Assembly (NCBI GenBank): GCA_019635735.1
Contig: JAHBYX010000004.1
Location: 156,020-220,019 of the forward strand
Length of the DNA stretch: 64,000 nucleotides
Reading direction: 5' to 3'
DNA from: Mesorhizobium sp.
Lineage (GTDB): Bacteria; Pseudomonadota; Alphaproteobacteria; Rhizobiales; Rhizobiaceae
Shown here: piece after piece, positions 36,942-44,952 of the stretch
How positions within the stretch are numbered: the first letter of the stretch is position 1
How the letters are laid out: the number at the start of each line of letters is the position of its first letter
Translations under genes and position numbers: made by a program
The notes under the pieces: model-generated
The model's input: the letters and a program-made list of their open reading frames with translations, nothing else
What the model was told of the DNA's origin: nothing
The model's database searches: none

Positions 36942-37336
36942 TGTTCATCGACGCGTCCGCATTGACGTCGATCCTCACGAATGAAGCAGACGCAGTCGAG
37001 CTGCTCGAGCGCGCCCAGCGCTACGAGAAACGGATGACGTCGCCGCTCGCAATGTGGGAAGCGAGCGTGGCGGTCGCACGCGTCCTCGATCTCGAGGTCC
37101 CAGTCGCGACGAGGGCAGTGCGCGACTTCCTCGAACTGGCCGGGGTTTCCACCGTTCCTATCGACGACGATATCGGCGTGACGGCTCTCTATGCGTTCGA
37201 CCGCTTCGGCAAGGGACGTCATCCCGCACGGCTCAATTTCGGTGATTGCTTCGCCTATGCCTGCGCCCGCCGTCTGAACGTCCCCCTGCTTTTCAAAGGC
37301 GTGGACTTCGGATTGACGGATATCCCTGCGGCCTGA
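36941..37336 (+). CDS. vapC: type II toxin VapC (PIN domain ribonuclease)
   Basis: MFIDASAL ... FGDCFAYACA are PIN acidic residues in the usual positions. Confidence 0.85.
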   Translation: MFIDASALTSILTNEADAVELLERAQRYEKRMTSPLAMWEASVAVARVLDLEVPVATRAVRDFLELAGVSTVPIDDDIGVTALYAFDRFGKGRHPARLNFGDCFAYACARRLNVPLLFKGVDFGLTDIPAA

Positions 37337-37350
37337 GTCTCGTCGCACCG

Positions 37351-37806
37351 CTATCTGTCCTTCACCGTTTCCATCGCCACATAGGTCGAGGTCTGGGCCA
37401 CGTGGGGCAGGGCGGAGATGCGTTCGCCGAGGACGCGGCGGTAGGCGCCGATGTCTCGGGTGCGCACCTTGAGCAGGTAATCGAAGTTGGCCGCGATCAT
37501 GTGGCACTGCTCGATCTCGGGCACGAGGCGCACGGCGCGATTGAACGCGTCGAGCGCGTCGGAACGGGTGTCGGACAGCTTGACCTGGACGAAGGCGACA
37601 TGGCCCTCGCCCATCTTCTCGCGGTCGACGATGGCCTGGTAGCCGCGGATGTAGCCAGCCTCCTCAAGCCGGCGCACGCGAGCCTGGACCGGGGTCTTGG
37701 ACAGGCCGACCTTCGCGCCGAGCGCAGCCATCGAGAGGCGCCCGTCGGCCGAGAGCGCGGCGATGATGTTGCGGTCGATGCGGTCCAGATGGTCCAGACT
37801 ATCCAT
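37351..37806 (-). CDS. putR: Lrp/AsnC family transcriptional regulator (proline utilisation activator type)
   Basis: MDSLDHLDRIDRNIIAALSADGRLSMAALGAKVGLSKTPVQARVRRLEEAGYIRGY. Divergent from putA. Only the 3' 456 nt of track ORF 37351..41607 is real. Confidence 0.8.
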   Translation of the reverse strand: MDSLDHLDRIDRNIIAALSADGRLSMAALGAKVGLSKTPVQARVRRLEEAGYIRGYQAIVDREKMGEGHVAFVQVKLSDTRSDALDAFNRAVRLVPEIEQCHMIAANFDYLLKVRTRDIGAYRRVLGERISALPHVAQTSTYVAMETVKDR

Positions 37807-37947
37807 GGGGGCAGGCCGATCGGTTCGAGATGGGTGCCAATATCGATCCGTTCGACGCGCGAGGTCAACATGTTCGGACCGGCACGCAGCGCACCTTGTG
37901 CTATCTTCGCGCGACTGCTCGAGACTCCATCCGGGACCTGACCACAC

Positions 37948-40900
37948 ATGCCGACGCTCGCTTCGCTCCGGGACGATTTGCGCAAAGCCTATCTCGCCGA
38001 CGAAGATGCGGTCCTGCGAGGCCTGGTCGGCGGCGCGGAACTCGACGACGCCCAGCGCGCGGCGATCTCCGAGCGCGCGGTGAAGCTCGTCGAGGCGGTG
38101 CGGTCGTCTTCCGACCCGAAGCTGATGGAAGTGTTCCTCTCCGAATACGGGCTCTCCACCAAGGAGGGCGTGGCGCTGATGTGCCTGGCCGAGGCGCTGC
38201 TGCGCGTGCCGGACGCCGAGACGATGGACGACCTGATCCAGGACAAGATCGCGCCGCACGACTGGTCGGCGCATTCGGGTGAATCGAGTTCGATCTTCGT
38301 CAATGCCTCCACCTGGGCATTGGCGCTTACGGGCCGTGTGCTCGACGAAGGCGAGGGCGGCATCGAGCGCACGTTGCGCGGCATGGTGCGCCGGCTGGGT
38401 GAGCCGGTGATCCGCACCGCCGTCTCGGCGGCGATGCGCGAGATGGGTGAGCAGTTCGTGCTCGGCCGCACGATCGAGGAGGCGGTGCGGCGCGGCAAGC
38501 CGTACAGCCGCAAGGGCTATCTCTATTCGTTCGACATGCTGGGCGAGGCCGCGCGCACCGAAGCCGATGCGCTGCGCTACCACCGCGCCTATGCGGATGC
38601 GATCTCGTCGCTCAACAGCGGCGCGTCGAGCACGAACATCCGCTACAATTCCGGCATTTCGGTCAAGCTCTCCGCGCTTCACCCGCGCTACGAGCAGTCG
38701 CAGCGCGAGACGATGCTGCCGGTCATGGCGGAGCGGCTCCGCTCTTTGTGCCATGCGGCGCGGCATGCGCGCATGGGTCTCAACATCGACGCCGAGGAGG
38801 CGGACCGGCTCGACCTGTCGCTCGACGTCATCGAACGCGTGCTGGCCGACCCGGAACTGACCGACTGGGACGGTTTCGGCGTCGTCGTCCAGGCCTACGG
38901 CAAGCGGGCGCACCATGTGATCGACTGGCTTTATGCGCTGTCGAAACGGCTCGACCGGCGCATCATGGTGCGTCTCGTCAAGGGCGCCTATTGGGACACC
39001 GAGATCAAGCGGGCGCAGACGCTGGGGCTTGCCGGCTATCCGGTGTTCACGCGCAAGGCCAACACAGACGTCTCCTACATCGCCTGCGCCAAGAAACTGC
39101 TCGGTATGACCGACCGGATCTATCCGCAGTTCGCGACGCATAACGCGCATACGGTGGCGTCGATCCTGGCGATGGCCGAAGACAAGTCGGCTTTCGAGTT
39201 CCAGCGCCTGCACGGCATGGGCGAGGCGCTGCACGAGGCGGTGCGGGCGAGCGAGGGCACACGCTGCCGCATCTATGCGCCGGTCGGCTCGCATTCCGAC
39301 CTGCTCGCCTATCTCGTGCGGCGCCTGCTCGAGAACGGCGCCAATTCGTCCTTCGTGCACCAGATCGTCGACGAGGAGGTGAGCGCCGAGATCATTGCGC
39401 GGGATCCGTTCGACGTCGTGGAAAACCATGGCAGCGCCCATAATCCTCTCATTCCTTTCCCGTCCGACATCTTCCTTCCTGCCCGCAGGAACTCCATCGG
39501 GCACGACCTCAACGACACAATCGCATTGTCGGAGATCCAGGGTGGGCGTGGACAGTTTTCCGGGGAGAACCTCTGGACGGCCGGCGCGGCGGGACGCGAG
39601 CGGCCGGTCGTCAACCCAGCGAAGCAGGACGATGTCGTCGGCACGGTGCGCGAGGCGGATGCCGGCGTGGTGAATGCGGCCGTCGGACGGGCCGTCGAGG
39701 CGTTTCCGATCTGGGCGGCCACGCCGGTCAGCGAGCGGGCGGCGACGCTGCTGCGCGCGGCCGACCTCTACGAGGCGCATGAGGCGGAGTTCTTCGCGCT
39801 CTGTACGCGCGAGGCGGGCAAGACGCTGGCCGACGGCGTGGCCGAGGTGCGCGAGGCGGTCGATTTCCTGCGCTACTACGCGGCCGAGGCCGCCAAGGCG
39901 GAGGTGGGGACTACCGCGCGGGGCGTCATCGCCTGCATCTCGCCGTGGAACTTCCCGCTGGCGATCTTCACCGGCCAGGTGGCCGCGGCACTCGTCACCG
40001 GCAACGCGGTGATCGCCAAGCCCGCCGAGCAGACGCCGCTGATCGCGGCGAGGGCCGTCGAACTTTTGCATGAGGCGGGCGTGCCGGCGGACGTGCTGCA
40101 GCTGGTGCCTGGCGACGGGCCATCGGTCGGCGCGCCGCTGACGGCGGACCCGAGGATTGCCGGCGTCTGCTTCACCGGCTCGACGGAGGTGGCCCGGCTG
40201 ATCGAGCGGCAGCTCGCTGAGACGGCCGCGCCCGACGCCATCCTGATCGCCGAGACCGGCGGGCTGAACGCGATGGTGGTCGACTCGACCGCGCTGCCCG
40301 AACAGGCGGTGCGCGACATCCTGGCCTCGGCCTTCCAGAGTGCCGGCCAGCGCTGCTCGGCGCTGCGCATCCTCTATGTCCAGTCCGACGTCGAGGAGAA
40401 GGTGCTGGAGATGCTGACCGGCGCGATGAAGGCGCTGGTGGTCGGCGACCCGTGGCTCTACGCGACCGATGTCGGCCCGGTGATCGACGCCGAGGCGCGG
40501 GGCTCGATTTCGGCCTACTGCGAGGCGATGGAGGCGAAGGGCCGGCTGATCGCCAAGCTGGAGGCGCCGGGCGAGGGGCTGTTCGTCGCGCCGCACATCT
40601 TCCGCGTTACCGGCATCGCCGAGATGGAGCGCGAGATCTTCGGCCCGGTGTTGCATGTCGCGACGTTCGAGCCGGAGGAACTGGACCTGGTGGTCGCCAA
40701 CATCAACGCCAGGGGCTACGGCCTGACCTTCGGCCTGCACACCCGCATCGAGGCGCGCGTGCAGCGGATCATCGACCGGATCCATGCCGGCAACGTCTAT
40801 GTCAACCGCAACCAGATCGGCGCGGTGGTGGGCTCGCAGCCGTTCGGAGGGGAGGGCCTGTCCGGCACGGGGCCGAAGGCCGGCGGGCCGCATTACCTGC

Positions 40901-41532
40901 GCCGCTTCCGCAAGTCTTCCGTGGCCACGGGAGACGTCGACCAGGCGGAGGCGGTGGCCCTGCCGCGGCGGTTCCCGGATGCGCGCATGGACAACTGGTC
41001 GGGACGCAGCGACCGTATCGCCATCCTGCGCAAGCATCTGCGCGGTAAGGCGGGCGAGGCGATCTCGGCGGCGGCGGCGGCCGAGTTCGGTCCCGTCGAC
41101 CTGCCGGGCCCGACCGGCGAATCCAACACGCTGACGCTGGTGCCGCGTGGGCGGGTGTTGTGCCTCGGGCCCGATCCGGACTCGCTGCTGGCCCAGGTCG
41201 TCCAGGCGCTCGCGGCGGGCAACTCGGTGGTCGCCGTCGCGCCGAAGGCATCCGCTGCGCTGCAGCCTCTGACCGGCAAGGCGCTGCCGCTCGATGTGCT
41301 GGACGGGACGCTGATGCAGGGCGAACTCGCCGCGACGACGGTCGATGCCGTGGCCTATTCGCGGGCGGGGGCGACCGCGCGGGAGATCCGACGCATCCTC
41401 GCGGAAAAGCCCGGCCCGATCGTGCCGCTGATCGCCGAGACGATCTTCCCCGCGGCGTACGCGCACGAGCGCTCGGTCTGCGTCGATACGACGGCGGCCG
41501 GCGGCAATGCGAGTTTGCTGGCAGCGAGCTGA
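37948..41532 (+). CDS. putA: bifunctional proline dehydrogenase / L-glutamate gamma-semialdehyde dehydrogenase
   Basis: 1194-aa PutA-like sequence throughout (PRODH barrel, then ALDH with SPWNFPLAIF and ETGGLNAM). Confidence 0.95.
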   Translation: MPTLASLRDDLRKAYLADEDAVLRGLVGGAELDDAQRAAISERAVKLVEAVRSSSDPKLMEVFLSEYGLSTKEGVALMCLAEALLRVPDAETMDDLIQDKIAPHDWSAHSGESSSIFVNASTWALALTGRVLDEGEGGIERTLRGMVRRLGEPVIRTAVSAAMREMGEQFVLGRTIEEAVRRGKPYSRKGYLYSFDMLGEAARTEADALRYHRAYADAISSLNSGASSTNIRYNSGISVKLSALHPRYEQSQRETMLPVMAERLRSLCHAARHARMGLNIDAEEADRLDLSLDVIERVLADPELTDWDGFGVVVQAYGKRAHHVIDWLYALSKRLDRRIMVRLVKGAYWDTEIKRAQTLGLAGYPVFTRKANTDVSYIACAKKLLGMTDRIYPQFATHNAHTVASILAMAEDKSAFEFQRLHGMGEALHEAVRASEGTRCRIYAPVGSHSDLLAYLVRRLLENGANSSFVHQIVDEEVSAEIIARDPFDVVENHGSAHNPLIPFPSDIFLPARRNSIGHDLNDTIALSEIQGGRGQFSGENLWTAGAAGRERPVVNPAKQDDVVGTVREADAGVVNAAVGRAVEAFPIWAATPVSERAATLLRAADLYEAHEAEFFALCTREAGKTLADGVAEVREAVDFLRYYAAEAAKAEVGTTARGVIACISPWNFPLAIFTGQVAAALVTGNAVIAKPAEQTPLIAARAVELLHEAGVPADVLQLVPGDGPSVGAPLTADPRIAGVCFTGSTEVARLIERQLAETAAPDAILIAETGGLNAMVVDSTALPEQAVRDILASAFQSAGQRCSALRILYVQSDVEEKVLEMLTGAMKALVVGDPWLYATDVGPVIDAEARGSISAYCEAMEAKGRLIAKLEAPGEGLFVAPHIFRVTGIAEMEREIFGPVLHVATFEPEELDLVVANINARGYGLTFGLHTRIEARVQRIIDRIHAGNVYVNRNQIGAVVGSQPFGGEGLSGTGPKAGGPHYLRRFRKSSVATGDVDQAEAVALPRRFPDARMDNWSGRSDRIAILRKHLRGKAGEAISAAAAAEFGPVDLPGPTGESNTLTLVPRGRVLCLGPDPDSLLAQVVQALAAGNSVVAVAPKASAALQPLTGKALPLDVLDGTLMQGELAATTVDAVAYSRAGATAREIRRILAEKPGPIVPLIAETIFPAAYAHERSVCVDTTAAGGNASLLAAS

Positions 41533-41550
41533 CGGGCATTGGTCCGCGCT

Positions 41551-41686
41551 CCTCCTCATTCCGGGACCGCGCAGCGGGACCCGGAATCCAGCGCGCCGGC
41601 GTTGCATGGTTCAAGCACGCGGCCTTTCCTCCGACGTCTCGACTCTGGATTCCGCGTCCCGCTGCGCGGTCCCGGAATGACGGAGG
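41551..41686. repeat. pair of inverted ~41-bp hairpin-forming repeats (cctcctcattccgggaccgcgcagcgggacccggaatccag / ctggattccgcgtcccgctgcgcggtcccggaatgacggagg)
   Basis: Arms at 41551-41591 and 41645-41686. The 35-bp cores differ at 1 position. Each arm is itself a hairpin (attccggg...cccggaat). Located between the convergent putA and orphan ORF. Confidence 0.8.
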
Positions 41687-41808
41687 AAAGGGGCGGCGTC
41701 AGAGCGTGCCGATGTTGGGCCGCGCGAGGTCGTCGACCGCGGTGCGTTTTTCCGCGGAAGCAAGTGAAATCGTTCGGATGATCCGCCCTCGCAAGGGAGG
41801 GACGCCTT

Positions 41809-42267
41809 TCAGGAGGTGTCGCGGATCTCGACCGGGTAGAACGCGACGTGCCGAAGCCTCTGCATGAACGCGTCGAGCCGGTGGAGCGGGTTGCGATCAT
41901 GTACGACCTCGCCGATTGCCTGGCCCTGCTGCCACACTGACACTTGGCGGAGATAGGCGGCCATGCCGCTTATGACCAGCGCCAGCGCGCGCAGCGAGGC
42001 GGCGATGTCCAGTGCATCGGCCGGCTCGGTGCCGTAGCGGACATCGGGCAGAGCCGGCGACCAGAGCCGGCCGGCCGTATTCCATGTCGAGCCGGCGACG
42101 TACTCCCTCGCGATCAGGTCCGCCTGCCGGGCGGCCCACAGCACGCAGAAGCGCACCCAGGGGGAATCGCCGGCGGATTTTTCGGCGAGAGTGGCAATGG
42201 CAAGCAGGGTTGAAACGATGCTGACCAGCACATCCTGTCGCCTCCCTGTCTTCGCCTTCCACGCCAT
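41809..42267 (-). CDS. hypothetical protein (orphan, no family recognised)
   Basis: High third-position G+C throughout. GGAG lies 6 nt upstream of ATG 42267 (MAWKAKTGRRQ...). Two moderately hydrophobic segments. Confidence 0.5.
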   Translation of the reverse strand: MAWKAKTGRRQDVLVSIVSTLLAIATLAEKSAGDSPWVRFCVLWAARQADLIAREYVAGSTWNTAGRLWSPALPDVRYGTEPADALDIAASLRALALVISGMAAYLRQVSVWQQGQAIGEVVHDRNPLHRLDAFMQRLRHVAFYPVEIRDTS

Positions 42268-42430
42268 CGCTGGCTCCAATCGTTACACCGGCGCCTATGA
42301 TCCGTCGGGTCCGAAGAGGTGGGGATAAGTATTTTTGCAGGTCGAGCGGAAACAAGGGGTTGCGGAAAGAAAAGGCGAAATCGATCCACCGGGCGGGTGG
42401 TGTTTGGCCGCCGTTACACCCGTCCGCGAT

Positions 42431-43045
42431 CGTCTTCCCGGCGGCCGGAGGCCAGCCGGGAACCATTGACCGTCGGCAAGTAGAATGCCGTCATTCCATG
42501 CTTCGGGCAGGCGTTTTCGGCGTGTAGCCGGGGAGAAGAATGGATACCGGCTGGCCTTCGGCCTCCGGTATGACGGAGGTTGGGTGTTCGGGACGGGCGG
42601 ATGGCCTTCCGCCTCCGGCGGTGATCAGCCTTAGCCTAGCGCGGCCGTCTTCCCGGCGGCCGGAGGCCAGCCGGGAACCATTGACCGCCGGCAAGTAGAA
42701 TGCCGTCATTCCATGCTTCGGGCAGGCGTTTTCGGCGTGTAGCCGGGGAGAAGAATGGATACCGGCTGGCCTTCGGCCGCCGGCATGACGGAGGTTGGGT
42801 GTTCGGGACGGACGGATGGCTTCCCGCCTCCAGTCGTGTTCAGCCTTCGCCTTTAGCCTTTCGCGGTCGTCTTCCCGCCGGCCGGAGGCCAGCCGGGAAC
42901 CATTGATCGCCGTGCGAAGGGCTCTGCCGGTCATGCCCCGGCTGCGGGCAGCTACGGCGTGCAACCGGAGATAAGAATAGATCCCGCATGGCCTTCGGCC
43001 TGCGGGACGACGAGCGTGGTGTGTGTGGGGGGCAGCCCCAAGCTC
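42431..43045. repeat. tandem array of three ~215-222 bp palindrome-rich repeat units
   Basis: Units start at 42431, 42646 and 42868. Units 1 and 2 differ at 6 of their first 180 nt by hand alignment. Unit 3 is degenerate after 45 nt. Confidence 0.85.
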
Positions 43046-43360
43046 CTAGGCGCCTTCGACGACGGAGAAGCCTTCGAAGACCGGGTGGCCGAGGTAGGTG
43101 GGTTTGGTCGTGCCGGCATTGCGGTGCGAGGCGCGGAACTGTTCGGATTTGGTCCAGGCGGAAAAATCCTCGAAACTCTGCCAGACGGTGTGGGACGCGT
43201 AGAGCGTATAGCCCTCGGCCTCGTTAACCGGTCCCTTGAGGAGATGGAACTGCTCGAAGCCCTTCATCTCGTGCAGCGACGAATCGCGTCCCTTCCAGAT
43301 ATTCTCGAACTCCTCCTCGGAGCCGCGTGCGACCTTGAAGCGGTTCATGGCGATATACAT
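43046..43360 (-). CDS. antibiotic biosynthesis monooxygenase (ABM) family protein, IsdG/HmuD/HmuQ-like haem-degrading candidate
   Basis: MYIAMNRFKVARGSEEEFENIWKGRDSSLHEMKGFEQFHLLKG ... is an ABM fold pattern. It is the last gene of the hmuR-tonB transcription unit. Confidence 0.7.
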   Translation of the reverse strand: MYIAMNRFKVARGSEEEFENIWKGRDSSLHEMKGFEQFHLLKGPVNEAEGYTLYASHTVWQSFEDFSAWTKSEQFRASHRNAGTTKPTYLGHPVFEGFSVVEGA

Positions 43361-43626
43361 CAACGGGTTCCTTTCAGGTTTTGGCGGCTGGCCGGCCGCT
43401 TTGCGACTGCCTCGCGGCCGACGACACGAAGAACATTTCCGGGGACAAATAGACCGGCGCGACCGGCCGGGACAGGTCCGGCCTGTTCGCGCACGCCGGG
43501 ACCGGCGAGCCGAACGACCTGAGGGTCGGTCTCGATGCGGGCGCACTCCTCGAACAGGCGGACGAGGTCGGGGTGCAGGCCGTCGCCGAAGGCGGTGGCG
43601 AGCTCGTGCAGCCGAAGCAGGTTCAT
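43360..43626 (-). CDS. hypothetical 88-aa protein between tonB and the ABM gene
   Basis: MNLLRLHELATAFGDGLHPDLVRLFEECARIETDPQVV... GGAGC lies upstream. Its stop shares one base with the ABM ATG. Codon bias is good in the first half and weaker in the second. Confidence 0.35.
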   Translation of the reverse strand: MNLLRLHELATAFGDGLHPDLVRLFEECARIETDPQVVRLAGPGVREQAGPVPAGRAGLFVPGNVLRVVGREAVAKRPASRQNLKGTR

Positions 43627-43642
43627 AACGGGAGCTCCGAAT

Positions 43643-44947
43643 CTATTTGGCCAGGCCGAGCGGGATGGTGAACTGCCAGGTCTTGCGGCCCGCGCCTTCC
43701 GGTATTGCGGGGAAGGGTGCGGCGCGGCGCACGGCGGCGAGTGCCGCCTGGTCAAGGGAGGCCGATCCGGAGCTGCGCGCGATGCTCAGGCCGCCCAGCG
43801 CGCCGCTGGCGGTGACGGTGAAGGCGACCGTCACGTCGCGCTCGGCGCCGGCGCGGTCGCGGCGCGAGATCCGGCCGACTGCCCGGCTGATCTTGCCGCG
43901 CACCTTGCCGGGATAATTGGTGACCGCGGCGTTGCCGGCGGCCGACCCCTTGCCCTTGCCGGCCTTGTCGGCGCGCGTGCCGCTGGTTTCGCCGTCGGCG
44001 ACGCCCTTGCGGCCATCGGCCTTGTTCCTGCCGCCGGAGCCGGCGCTTTTCTTCTTCTCGGCTTTCCTGGCCGGGGCGTCCGCCCTGGCGGGCTTCTTCT
44101 CCACGGGCCTGGCCTCGGCCTTCCTTGCCGGCTTTTCCACCTTGGGCTTCCCGGCCGGCTTCGCGTCCACCACCTTCGGCGGGGCGGGCTTCACCGGTTC
44201 GGGCGTCTCGGCCACGACCGGCTCTTTCGGCACCTCGGCCACGTCGTCGGGCGGCGGTACGGCAGCGGCCTGCGGCACGACGGGGGCGACGGCCTCGTCG
44301 TCCGGCACGATTTCGGCGGTATCGACCGCCAGCACCGGCTGCTGCGTGGGGGAGGGCAACGCGGAGACCGCGTCTGCCGGCGCCGGATCGGCGCGCGCAG
44401 GCAGCTCGGCGGCGGGCCCGGCGTCGGCGACTTCCTCGACGACGGTCGCCTCCACTGCGACCGGCTGGATCGCCTCGAGCGGCTCCACTTCCGCAGCGTC
44501 GACGGTCTCCACCGGGGTCGCCGTCGTCATGGTGACGATGGAGACGCTGGTCGCCTGCTCCTCGCCCTCCATCGACATGTCCGCCGCGGCGTTGCCGTAC
44601 ATCGCGACACCGGCATCCTGCGCGCCGGCGATCAGCACGCCTTCGTCCGGCTCGCGCAGGAGGAAGAAGGTGGCGGCCGCGGCATGAAGCGCGATGGACG
44701 CGAGCAGCATGGCCAGCCATGTGCGCGACCCGGCCGGCCGGCCGGTGACTGCTTCAGCCAGCGGCGCAACTGGCAGCGGCGCGAGGTCGGGGCTTTCGCT
44801 CTCGATCCAGAGGGGGCGCGGCGGCTCGCGGAGGAAGACGTGATGCGGGGCCTGGAAGGTGTTGGGCGGATCGAGGCGGACGCGCCGCGCGGTCGAGCGT
44901 GCCGATATCGTGCGCCGGGGACGAGGGGCGGCGGGCTGGAGCGACAT
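43643..44947 (-). CDS. tonB: energy transducer TonB (long Pro/Ala/Lys-rich linker)
   Basis: TM helix WLAMLLASIALHAAAATFFLL, a long PV/PK/AE-rich spacer, and a C-terminal TonB domain (YPGKVRGKI...VAFTV...AALAAVRRAAPFP). Start at ATG 44947. Confidence 0.85.
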   Translation of the reverse strand: MSLQPAAPRPRRTISARSTARRVRLDPPNTFQAPHHVFLREPPRPLWIESESPDLAPLPVAPLAEAVTGRPAGSRTWLAMLLASIALHAAAATFFLLREPDEGVLIAGAQDAGVAMYGNAAADMSMEGEEQATSVSIVTMTTATPVETVDAAEVEPLEAIQPVAVEATVVEEVADAGPAAELPARADPAPADAVSALPSPTQQPVLAVDTAEIVPDDEAVAPVVPQAAAVPPPDDVAEVPKEPVVAETPEPVKPAPPKVVDAKPAGKPKVEKPARKAEARPVEKKPARADAPARKAEKKKSAGSGGRNKADGRKGVADGETSGTRADKAGKGKGSAAGNAAVTNYPGKVRGKISRAVGRISRRDRAGAERDVTVAFTVTASGALGGLSIARSSGSASLDQAALAAVRRAAPFPAIPEGAGRKTWQFTIPLGLAK

Positions 44948-44952
44948 CGGCC

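Noticed and set aside
37351-41607. Giant 1418-aa minus-strand ORF, the largest in the window
   Set aside because: It runs antisense to the unmistakable putA gene, and its sequence is Arg/Gly/Pro-rich shadow-frame junk typical of high-GC DNA. Only its last 152 codons (37351-37806) are real, encoding the Lrp-family PutR.
42491-42964. 157-aa ORF spanning the tandem repeat array, with an internally repeated peptide sequence
   Set aside because: It is simply the repeat units read through. Its frame is not preserved between units (indels), and it has no start context.
42431-43045. Possible CRISPR array, because of the regularly spaced repeats
   Set aside because: The period is about 215-222 bp and whole units are homologous, so there are no short repeats with unique spacers. 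No cas genes are in the window.
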